From Isoptericola halotolerans (GTDB lineage Bacteria; Actinomycetota; Actinomycetes; Actinomycetales; Cellulomonadaceae), in contig NZ_JABEZU010000002.1 in NCBI RefSeq assembly GCF_013149785.1, forward strand, positions 434,001 to 498,000: a DNA stretch of 64,000 nt. The letters run 5' to 3'. The position numbers and the translations under genes were made by a program. Positions 56,287-64,000 of the stretch are shown in pieces. Numbering within the stretch: the first letter of the stretch is position 1; each line of letters starts with the position of its first letter. The notes under the pieces were generated by a model. The model searched no databases. It had not been told where the DNA came from and saw only the letters and a program-made list of their open reading frames with translations.

Positions 56287-57960
56287 GTGGATTCCACGGC
56301 CCCTCAGGACGAGCAGGACGCAACGCACGGCTCGACGCCTTCCTCGGACGACCTGCCGCGACCGGCCGCCGTCGTCGTCCTCGCCGCAGGCCAGGGCACC
56401 CGCATGCGGTCCGCGACGCCGAAGGTCCTCCACCGCCTCGCCGGCCGGTCGATGCTCGGGCACGCGATGACGGCGGCGCGCGAGCTCGACCCGGCGCACC
56501 TCGCCGTCGTCGTGCGGCACGAGCGCGACCAGGTCGCCGCCGCGGCGCGGGCGCTCGAGGAGACCGCCGTGGTCGTCGACCAGGACGAGATCCCAGGCAC
56601 CGGGCGCGCCGTCCAGTGCGCGCTGGACGCGCTGGACGCCCGCGCGCACGCCGCCGTGGCGGCCCGTCTCGCCGAGACCGGCGACGCCGGGAGCGACCTC
56701 GGTGACGGGCTGCAGGGATCGGTGGTCGTCCTCGCCGGCGACATCCCGCTGCTCGACGGCGCCGCGCTCGGCGAGCTGCTGGCCGCCCACCACGCCGACG
56801 GCAACGCCGTGACCATCCTGACCACGGAGCTCGACGACGCCACCGGCTACGGGCGCATCGTGCGCGAGCAGGGCACCGGCGACGTAGTCGCGATCGTCGA
56901 GCACGCCGACGCGACCGCGGAGCAGCGGCAGATCCGCGAGATCAACTCCTCGGTGTACGTGTTCGACGCCGCCGTGCTGCGTCGCGGACTGGGCGGCCTG
57001 GCCGCGGACAACGCCCAGGGCGAGGTCTACCTCACCGACGTCGTCGCCTCGGCCCGCGCCGAGGGCGGCACGGTCCGCGCCCTGCTCAGCGACGACCCGA
57101 TGCTGGTCGAGGGCGTCAACGACCGTCTCGCGCTGGCGACCCTCGGGGCGGAGCTGAACCGGCGGATCCTGGCGGACTGGATGCGTGCGGGCGTGACCGT
57201 CGTCGACCCGGCCACCACCTGGGTCGACGCCGACGTCGAGCTCGCCCAGGACGTCACCCTGCTGCCGGGCACCCAGCTGCACGGGGCCACCCGCGTCGAG
57301 TCCGGTGCCACGATCGGGCCGGACACGACGCTCACCGACGTGGAGGTCGGCGCGGACGCCACCGTGGCGCGCACCCACGGCTCGCTCTCGGTGATCGGCG
57401 ACGGTGCCACGGTCGGCCCGTTCGCCTACCTGCGGCCGAACACGCGGCTCGGTGAGCGAGGGAAGATCGGCGCCTTCGTCGAGACGAAGAACTCGGAGAT
57501 CGGCGCGGGCTCGAAGGTCCCGCACCTGTCGTACGTCGGGGACGCGACGATCGGTGAGCAGAGCAACATCGGCGCGGCGTCCGTCACCGTGAACTACGAC
57601 GGCGTGCACAAGCACCGCACGGTGATCGGCTCGCACGCCCGCACCGGTGCCGACAACATGTTCGTCGCGCCGGTGACCGTGGGGGACGGTGCCTACACCG
57701 CGGCGGGCAGCATCATCACCCGTGACGTCCCGGCCGGTGCGCTCGGCGTCAGCCGCTCCCAGCAGAAGAACGTCGACGGATGGGTCGAGCGTCGACGGCC
57801 GGGCAGCGCCGCTGCCGAGGCGGCCGCCCGGGCGAGCAGCGACGGCGCGGTCAAGGACGGGCTCGGTGCGCAGGCGAAGCGTGAGCTGGCCGAGCACAAT
57901 GCCCTCACCGGGAACGTCCCGGGCGACGTCGCGTCGCCGCAGTCCTCAGAGTCCGCCTGA
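56287..57960 (+). CDS. glmU: bifunctional UDP-GlcNAc pyrophosphorylase / GlcN-1-P acetyltransferase
   Basis: '[16 protein letters not shown]', 'GYGRIVR', 'EVYLTD', hexapeptide repeats, 'HLSYVGDA', 'NYDG'. Confidence 0.96.
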   Translation: MDSTAPQDEQDATHGSTPSSDDLPRPAAVVVLAAGQGTRMRSATPKVLHRLAGRSMLGHAMTAARELDPAHLAVVVRHERDQVAAAARALEETAVVVDQDEIPGTGRAVQCALDALDARAHAAVAARLAETGDAGSDLGDGLQGSVVVLAGDIPLLDGAALGELLAAHHADGNAVTILTTELDDATGYGRIVREQGTGDVVAIVEHADATAEQRQIREINSSVYVFDAAVLRRGLGGLAADNAQGEVYLTDVVASARAEGGTVRALLSDDPMLVEGVNDRLALATLGAELNRRILADWMRAGVTVVDPATTWVDADVELAQDVTLLPGTQLHGATRVESGATIGPDTTLTDVEVGADATVARTHGSLSVIGDGATVGPFAYLRPNTRLGERGKIGAFVETKNSEIGAGSKVPHLSYVGDATIGEQSNIGAASVTVNYDGVHKHRTVIGSHARTGADNMFVAPVTVGDGAYTAAGSIITRDVPAGALGVSRSQQKNVDGWVERRRPGSAAAEAAARASSDGAVKDGLGAQAKRELAEHNALTGNVPGDVASPQSSESA

Positions 57961-58006
57961 CCGCCTGCCCGATCCCGAGACCTCGTACGAAGGAAGCAAC
58001 CCCCTG

Positions 58007-58990
58007 ATGAACACCTCGATCCCCGGCACCGGAGAGCGCAACCTCGTCCTCGCAGCCGGCAGGGCGCACCCTGAGCTCGCCGACGCCGTCGCCGAGGAGC
58101 TGGGTATCGGCCTGCTGCCGGTCTCGGCGTACGACTTCGCGAACAGCGAGACGTACGTACGGTTCGGCGAGTCGGTCCGTGGCGCGGACATCTTCCTGCT
58201 GCAGAGCCACACGGCGCCCGTCAACCAGTGGCTGATGGAGCACCTGCTGATGGTGGACGCGGCCAAGCGCGCCTCGGCGCGCACGGTGACCGCGGTCACG
58301 CCGTTCTACGGCTACGCCCGTCAGGACAAGAAGTCCCGCGGTCGCGAGCCGATCTCTGCGCGTCTGGTCGCCGACCTGCTGCGCACCGCCGGGGCCGACC
58401 GCATCATGAGCGTCGACCTGCACACCGCGCAGATCCAGGGGTTCTTCGACGGGCCGGTCGACCACCTGTGGGCGATGCCGCTGCTCACCGAGTACGTGCG
58501 CACCCGGGTCGACACGACCAACGTGACCGTGGTGTCGCCGGACGCCGGGCGCATCCGCGTCGCCGAGCAGTGGGCCGAGAAGCTGGGCGGCGGCCCGCTG
58601 GCGTTCGTCCACAAGACCCGCGACGTCACGCGCCCGAACCAGGCGGTCGCCAACCGCGTCGTCGGCGACGTCGAGGGGCGCGAGTGCGTGCTCGTCGACG
58701 ACCTCATCGACACCGGCGGCACGATCGCCGAGGCCGTCAAGGTCATCATGGACGCCGGCGCGAAGTCCGTGGTCGTCGCGGCCACCCACGGTGTGCTCTC
58801 CGACCCTGCCGGGCAGCGGCTCAGCGAGTGCGGCGCCTCGGAGGTCGTGGTCACCAACACCCTGCCGATCTCCGCCGACAAGCGGTTCCAGGGCCTGACG
58901 GTGCTGTCCATCGCCCCCCTCATCGCGCGGGCGATCCGCGAGGTGTTCGACGACGGGTCGGTCACCTCCCTGTTCGACGGGAACAGCTGA
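58007..58990 (+). CDS. prs: ribose-phosphate pyrophosphokinase
   Basis: 'FAN.E.YVR', 'YARQDKK', 'DLH..QIQGFF', 'VSPDAG', 'VDDLIDTGGT'. Confidence 0.97.
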   Translation: MNTSIPGTGERNLVLAAGRAHPELADAVAEELGIGLLPVSAYDFANSETYVRFGESVRGADIFLLQSHTAPVNQWLMEHLLMVDAAKRASARTVTAVTPFYGYARQDKKSRGREPISARLVADLLRTAGADRIMSVDLHTAQIQGFFDGPVDHLWAMPLLTEYVRTRVDTTNVTVVSPDAGRIRVAEQWAEKLGGGPLAFVHKTRDVTRPNQAVANRVVGDVEGRECVLVDDLIDTGGTIAEAVKVIMDAGAKSVVVAATHGVLSDPAGQRLSECGASEVVVTNTLPISADKRFQGLTVLSIAPLIARAIREVFDDGSVTSLFDGNS

Positions 58991-59059
58991 GACGAGTCCC
59001 ACGGGCCTGCCGCGAGCACTGACTTTCCACCGTGCCCCTGCGGCGGGTACAGTATTCAG

Positions 59060-59329
59060 GTTGCCTCGGCGAGGGACGTCTGACGGGCGCCGGTCCACCG
59101 GTCGCGAGCTTCTGCTCGCAGCCCGCAGAGCTGGATCCGTCGGATTTCCGTGATCGACTGGGCGGCTGCCGGTAGCGCGCATGCGCCCCGACCGTGCGGC
59201 GCCCCTCGATCGCGTCCGTCACGTGTCCCACGCCGACGCAGCCGCCCGTCCGCGCCGGTTCCCCACGCGGACAGCCGATGGCTCCCTCTGGTCGTCGGCA
59301 CGCACAGACTTCAAGCAGGAGTGATCCAC
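59060..59329 (+). promoter_or_regulatory. long 5' leader of rplY (candidate r-protein leader)
   Basis: TACAGT -10 at 59048-59053 about 275 nt before the ATG; 59066-59076 can pair with 59147-59157 around an internal loop. Confidence 0.4.
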
Positions 59330-59929
59330 ATGGCCGAGATCAAGCTCGCAGCCGAGGCCCGCACCGAGTTCGGCAAGGGGGCCGCCCGTCGCGCCCGCCG
59401 CGCCGGCAAGATCCCCGCCGTCCTCTACGGCCACGGCGCCGACCCGCTGCACATCAACCTGCCGGGCCACGAGACCATGCTCGCCGTCCGCCACACCAAC
59501 GCCCTGATCGGTCTCGACGTCGACGGCGAGGGCTACCTCGCGGTCGTCAAGGACGTCCAGCGCCACCCGGTGCGCCCGCAGATCGAGCACGTCGACCTGC
59601 TCCTGGTGAACAAGGGCGAGAAGATCGCCGTGGACATCACGGTCCACATCGTGGGCGAGTCCGCGCCGGGCTCCATCCACCTGGTCGAGGAGCAGACGCT
59701 CTCCGTCGAGGCCGACGCGACGAACCTCCCGGAGACCATCGAGGTCTCCATCGAGGGCAAGCAGGCCGGCGAGAGCATCCTCGCCGGCGACATCCCGCTG
59801 CCCGAGGGCGTGGAGCTCCTCACGGACCCCTCCTACACCGTCGTCACGATCACCGAGCCGCGCGGCGAGGAGTCCGACGAGGAGTCGGCCGACTCCGCGT
59901 CGGCCGCGAGCGAGTCCTCCGCCGAGTGA
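59330..59929 (+). CDS. rplY: 50S ribosomal protein bL25/Ctc
   Basis: 'RTEFGKGAARRARR.GKIPAVLYGHG', 'QRHPV...EHVDL'; AGGAG RBS. Confidence 0.97.
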   Translation: MAEIKLAAEARTEFGKGAARRARRAGKIPAVLYGHGADPLHINLPGHETMLAVRHTNALIGLDVDGEGYLAVVKDVQRHPVRPQIEHVDLLLVNKGEKIAVDITVHIVGESAPGSIHLVEEQTLSVEADATNLPETIEVSIEGKQAGESILAGDIPLPEGVELLTDPSYTVVTITEPRGEESDEESADSASAASESSAE

Positions 59930-59956
59930 CGCTCGTCTGACGAGTCAGCACCACCC

Positions 59957-59995
59957 GAACGCCCGACGGCGGCCGTGCGCCGCCGTCGGGCGTTC
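59957..59995 (+). terminator. hairpin after rplY
   Basis: Perfect 17-bp stem gaacgcccgacggcggc / gccgccgtcgggcgttc. Confidence 0.75.
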
Positions 59996-60037
59996 TGCGT
60001 GCCGGGCTACAGTGCACCCGGCGAAAGGATGAAGCAC

Positions 60038-60643
60038 ATGTCGGACACGCCCTGGCTCGTCGTCGGGCTCGGCAACCCCGGACCGAAGTACGCCGGCAAC
60101 CGGCACAACGTCGGCCAGATGGTGCTCGACCTCCTCGCCGATCGGACCGCCGGGCGCTTCGCCAAGCACCCGCGCGCGCAGGCCGTCGTCGCCGAGACGC
60201 GGCTCGGGACGCTGCCCGGCGGGGCCCCCGGCCCCCGGGTCGTCCTGGCCAAGCCCGCCACCTACATGAACACCTCGGGCGGACCCGTCTCGGCGCTCGC
60301 CCAGTACTACGGCATCGACGCCGATCACGTGCTGGCCGTGCACGACGAGGTCGACATCCCGTTCGACACGATCAAGCTCAAGGCGAGCGGCGGAGAGGGC
60401 GGCCACAACGGGCTGCGCGACATCTCCAAGGCCCTCGGCACGCGCGAGTACACCCGGGTGCGCGTCGGCGTCGGCCGCCCGCCCGGTCGCATGGACACCG
60501 CCGACTACGTGCTGCGCGACTTCACCGCCACCGAGCGCAAGGACCTGCCGATCCTGGTCGACGACGCCGCCGACGCCGTCGAGATGGTCGTCACCGAGGG
60601 GCTGCTGGCCGCGCAGGGGAAGTTCCACGCGGTGAAGGGCTGA
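60038..60643 (+). CDS. pth: peptidyl-tRNA hydrolase
   Basis: 'VGLGNPG..Y..NRHNVG', 'KP.TYMN.SG', 'VHDE', 'GGHNG'. Confidence 0.97.
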   Translation: MSDTPWLVVGLGNPGPKYAGNRHNVGQMVLDLLADRTAGRFAKHPRAQAVVAETRLGTLPGGAPGPRVVLAKPATYMNTSGGPVSALAQYYGIDADHVLAVHDEVDIPFDTIKLKASGGEGGHNGLRDISKALGTREYTRVRVGVGRPPGRMDTADYVLRDFTATERKDLPILVDDAADAVEMVVTEGLLAAQGKFHAVKG

Positions 60644-60676
60644 ACCGGCGGGTTCGGACCTGGCCGTGCCGACCCG

Positions 60677-61645
60677 CTACCCAGCGATCCAGCGGCTGGT
60701 CGCCCGGTCCCAGCGGCGGTCGCTGCCGATGTCGAGGAGGTAGTGCTCGGGGCGTCGGCCGATGTGTCGTTCGACGTCGGCGAGCACCGCGCGCGTCACC
60801 TCCGCGTCGCGCACGCGGGGGTCGGGGGAGGTGGACGTGTACGGGCCGAGCACGCGCAGCGTGACCGTCCGCCCTCTCGGCGGTTCCGGCAGCGCCAGCA
60901 GCAGGGGGCAGCGCGCGCTGCGGGCGATGCGTGCCGAACCGGTGGAGAACGTCCGTGAGGCATGCCCCGCGAAGGGCATCTCGACGGTGGGCCCGCGGCC
61001 CGCCGTCCACGGCGCGTCGATGTTGATCCACACGAACCGCTTCTCGGCGCTCAACGCCTGGAGGGCGTGCCTGGCCGCGTTGCCCAGGTAGATCAGCTCG
61101 AAGTCGGCCGGTGCGCTCCACCGTTCGAGCGCTTCGAGGCTGGCGGACAGCTGGCGCTGGACCCGGCGCTCCTGCGCGGTGGTGGCCTCGGCCGGAGGTT
61201 CCACGGTGATCAACGACGACGACCGATGGCTCACGGTGGGCGCGAACATGGCGAAGAGCGCCGCGTCGCGCAGGAAGTGGCCCGAGACGACGACGAACGG
61301 CTCGTTGCCGTCCAAGACCTGCCGTGCCTCCGGAGTGGCGACGATCCGGATGTCGTAGTCGTCGGGGCGGAGCCGTCCGGCTCGTGCGCCGTGCTGGAAG
61401 GCGTGCTCCTCCAGCAGCCCGGCCTGCTGGGCCCAGAAGACCCCCAGCGCCCGGGCCGTGGAGCAACCCAACGCGTCGCGGTACCGGTGCCATCCGGTGC
61501 TGCGCCATCCCTCGGCGGCGACGAGCAGCGCGGCGCACGGCCAGGCGAGGGCACGCACCACCGGCATCGGGAGGTGTCGCCCGGCAGGACGGAACACGCC
61601 GCTGTACAGACCGGCACGCAGGCTGTCCCTGCGTTGGCTGCTCAT
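60677..61645 (-). CDS. LpxL/LPLAT-like acyltransferase
   Basis: 'VVVSGHF', 'WINID', 'MPFAG...FSTGSARIARSARCPLL', 'ERHI.RRPEHY'; start uncertain (61645-61714). Confidence 0.6.
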   Translation of the reverse strand: MSSQRRDSLRAGLYSGVFRPAGRHLPMPVVRALAWPCAALLVAAEGWRSTGWHRYRDALGCSTARALGVFWAQQAGLLEEHAFQHGARAGRLRPDDYDIRIVATPEARQVLDGNEPFVVVSGHFLRDAALFAMFAPTVSHRSSSLITVEPPAEATTAQERRVQRQLSASLEALERWSAPADFELIYLGNAARHALQALSAEKRFVWINIDAPWTAGRGPTVEMPFAGHASRTFSTGSARIARSARCPLLLALPEPPRGRTVTLRVLGPYTSTSPDPRVRDAEVTRAVLADVERHIGRRPEHYLLDIGSDRRWDRATSRWIAG

Positions 61646-61854
61646 CGAGCGCAGCCGGGCTACCACATGACCTGACATCGTCGCCTCCGGGAGTCCGTCG
61701 CCTCGTTCGATCATGGGGCCGGGGGGCCGTGCCCGGCCCGGTGCACGCGGACTTTCACCCGGGTGACTCCGGTCCGCCGAGCCCCCACGGCCGGACCCGG
61801 CGACCTACGCTGACGGAGCGCGTCGGTCCTAGCGTCGCGCTGCGGGAGGCTCGG

Positions 61855-63030
61855 ATGTCGGACGGTGTCGTGCTCGCGCACGACTACGCCACCCAGCGGG
61901 GCGGGGCGGAGCGCGTCGCGCTGCTGATGCTGCGCGCGTTCCCCGGGTCGCCCCTGTACACGACCTTGTTCGACCCGGGCGGGACGTTCCCGGAGTTCGC
62001 CCGGGCCGATGTGCGGACGTCGTCGCTCGACCGGGCCGGTCTCCTGCGTCGCCACCATCGTCTGGCGCTGCCGCTGCTCTCCACGGCGGTCGACCGCCAG
62101 CGGGTCGAGGGCGACGTGCTGCTGGCGAGCTCCACCGGCTGGGCGCACGGCTACCGCGGGGCCCGGCGGACGGTGGTCTACTGCCACGCTCCCGCACGGT
62201 GGCTCTACCAGCGCGACCGCTACCTGGGCGTCGGGGGGAGTCTCGTGGAGCGGTCGCGGGCCACCCTGGCACGCGCCACCCTGCGGGTGCTCGACGGTCC
62301 GCTGCGCGACTGGGACCGGCGTGCCGCAGAACGAGCCGACACCTACCTCGTGAACTCCTCGGTCACCCGGGACGCCGTCCGCGCGGCCTACGGGATCGAG
62401 GCCGAGGTGCTCCCGCCGCCGCCGGCGCTGGCGCCGGGACCGGTCCGCGAGGTGCGCGACGGCGGGGAGCCCCTGGCCCCCGGGTACCTGTTGTGCGTGG
62501 CGAGGCTGCTTCCGTACAAGAACGTGGACGTGGTCGTCGAGGCCGCCCTGGCGCTCGGGCGACGCCTCGTCGTCGTGGGCGAGGGGCCGGACCGGGCCCG
62601 GCTCGAACAGCTTGCCGCGCGCGGTGAGGCGGGAGCCGTCCGGTTGGTGGGACGCGTGGACGACGCCGAGCTGCGGTGGCTCTACCAGCACGCCTCGGCG
62701 CTGGTGGCGGCGTCGCACGAGGACTACGGGCTGACGCCTCTGGAGGCAGGGATGTTCGACGTGCCGGTCGCCGCGCTGCGGGGTGGCGGCTACCTCGACA
62801 CCGTGCGCCCCGGCGTCAACGGGGAGTTCTTCGACGAGGTGGCGCCCGATGCCGTCGCGCTCGCGGTCGAGCGGCTGGAGGCCACCCGTTGGGACCTGAA
62901 GGCGCTCCGGTCGCACCTGGCCGACTTCGGCGAACGACGCTTCACGGATCGCCTCCGGACGGTGGTGTCCGGGCTGCTCGGTGAATACCAGCAACCCGTC
63001 AGGTCCAGCAACGAGGGAGCGGCGGCGTGA
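61855..63030 (+). CDS. GT4 glycosyltransferase
   Basis: 'HDYATQRGGAERV', 'YCHAPARWLY', 'RLLPYKNVD', 'EDYGLTPLEA'; GGAGG RBS. Confidence 0.92.
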   Translation: MSDGVVLAHDYATQRGGAERVALLMLRAFPGSPLYTTLFDPGGTFPEFARADVRTSSLDRAGLLRRHHRLALPLLSTAVDRQRVEGDVLLASSTGWAHGYRGARRTVVYCHAPARWLYQRDRYLGVGGSLVERSRATLARATLRVLDGPLRDWDRRAAERADTYLVNSSVTRDAVRAAYGIEAEVLPPPPALAPGPVREVRDGGEPLAPGYLLCVARLLPYKNVDVVVEAALALGRRLVVVGEGPDRARLEQLAARGEAGAVRLVGRVDDAELRWLYQHASALVAASHEDYGLTPLEAGMFDVPVAALRGGGYLDTVRPGVNGEFFDEVAPDAVALAVERLEATRWDLKALRSHLADFGERRFTDRLRTVVSGLLGEYQQPVRSSNEGAAA

Positions 63031-64000
63031 CGATCCGAGAGTTCGGCAGAGTGGTCTGGACGGGGAAGTGGTACGTCCTCGGGGCGGTCATCCTGGTGAT
63101 CGCGGCGACGATGTGGTTCGCCGACCGCCAGGTGACCGAGTACCAGGCGACGACGGTGGTCCAGCTGGAGGAGAGCACGACGGGCAACGGGTCCGTCGTG
63201 GTGGGCGACGACGCCGGTCTCGTCACGTCGCCGGTGGTCGCCACGGCTGCTGACGCCGTGCTCGACCCGCCGACGTCCGCCCTGGAGAGCGTCGACGCGG
63301 TGTACGACGCCGAGACCCAGACGCTCGTCGTGTCCAGCCAGGCGAGCGACCCGCAGCGCGCGGTCGCACTGTCGAACGCGTACGCGCAGGCGCACCTCGA
63401 CCATCTGCCCACCGTCATCGAGGAGCAGGTCACGCTCCTCGACGAGCAGATCGCCGCGGTGAGCGAGCAGGTGCGCGAGGCGCGCGAGACGTTGGAGGAC
63501 GACAAGGACGACCCGGTCGCCTCGGCGCTCGAGCAGACCGGCAACGAGTCGCTGGGCGGCCTGACCTCCACCCTGACGGCGTACCTCGCCCTCGTGCGCC
63601 CCGGCTACGTCGCGGTCGAGGCGGTCTCGGCCACGCCCGTGGGTCTCGACACGACGATGATGCTCGCCGTCGCCGTGCTGGCAGGCATCGTCGCCGGGGT
63701 CGGTGCGGCGTTCCTGCGCTACGCGTTGGACATGCGGGTGCGTTCGTCCCACGAGGTGTCGTCGATCACCGAGGCCCCCGTCCTCGCCGGGCTCGCCGAC
63801 GCCCGCAAGGCGATGCGGTGGGCGAGGTCCGAGGGCACGCTCCCGGTGGCCACCCGTGTCGCCACCCCCTTCACCGAGTCCGTCCGTGAGCTGCGCACCG
63901 CCATCCAGGTGGACCTGGGCGAGCGCCAGCACGGCACCGTCGTGGTCTCCGCGGCGGACCCGCGAGCGCCCCGCGCCTTCGTCGCCGCCAACCTGGCGGC
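63027..64000 (+). CDS. polysaccharide co-polymerase / Wzz-Wzc-like protein (runs off the window end)
   Basis: GTGA overlap; own translation VTIREFGRVVWTGKWYVLGAVILV...YQATTVV, coiled region, second TM, 'LD.RVRS', 'FTESVRELRTAI', 'VAANLA'. Confidence 0.8.
   Translation, partial: MTIREFGRVVWTGKWYVLGAVILVIAATMWFADRQVTEYQATTVVQLEESTTGNGSVVVGDDAGLVTSPVVATAADAVLDPPTSALESVDAVYDAETQTLVVSSQASDPQRAVALSNAYAQAHLDHLPTVIEEQVTLLDEQIAAVSEQVREARETLEDDKDDPVASALEQTGNESLGGLTSTLTAYLALVRPGYVAVEAVSATPVGLDTTMMLAVAVLAGIVAGVGAAFLRYALDMRVRSSHEVSSITEAPVLAGLADARKAMRWARSEGTLPVATRVATPFTESVRELRTAIQVDLGERQHGTVVVSAADPRAPRAFVAANLA

Overview
High-GC actinobacterial chromosome segment, probably Micrococcales judging by gene content and order. 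It holds about 55 protein genes and two tRNAs (Ala-CGC, Gln-TTG). Most of it is conserved actinomycete backbone: mscL/SAF/FmdB(CIRCE)/5-FTHF cyclo-ligase/rimJ/glpR-like/tRNA-Ala, then pmt/rsmI/metG/tatD/three G5-transglycosylases/rsmA/ispE/ABC-F, then tRNA-Gln/glmU/prs/rplY/pth, and finally the start of a surface-polysaccharide cluster. The most notable items are: (1) an accessory locus at 0.8-8.6 kb in which a membrane-tethered ECF sigma/anti-sigma/Ig-like fusion precedes a SnoaL-like protein, a stand-alone A-T-R NRPS-like reductase and its own PPTase, convergent with an LPXTG surface protein; (2) two 81-nt palindromic elements inserted in frame inside tatD; (3) a promoter-driven three-hairpin, C-loop sRNA candidate at about 10.0 kb; (4) a 1400-aa helicase-nuclease-like protein whose catalytic motifs all appear degenerate; (5) a shared 23-nt motif upstream of two rpf/G5 genes and a possible L25 leader. 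All family assignments come from by-eye motif recognition, with no database searches. Start codons were chosen from RBS or -10 context and may be off by a few codons.
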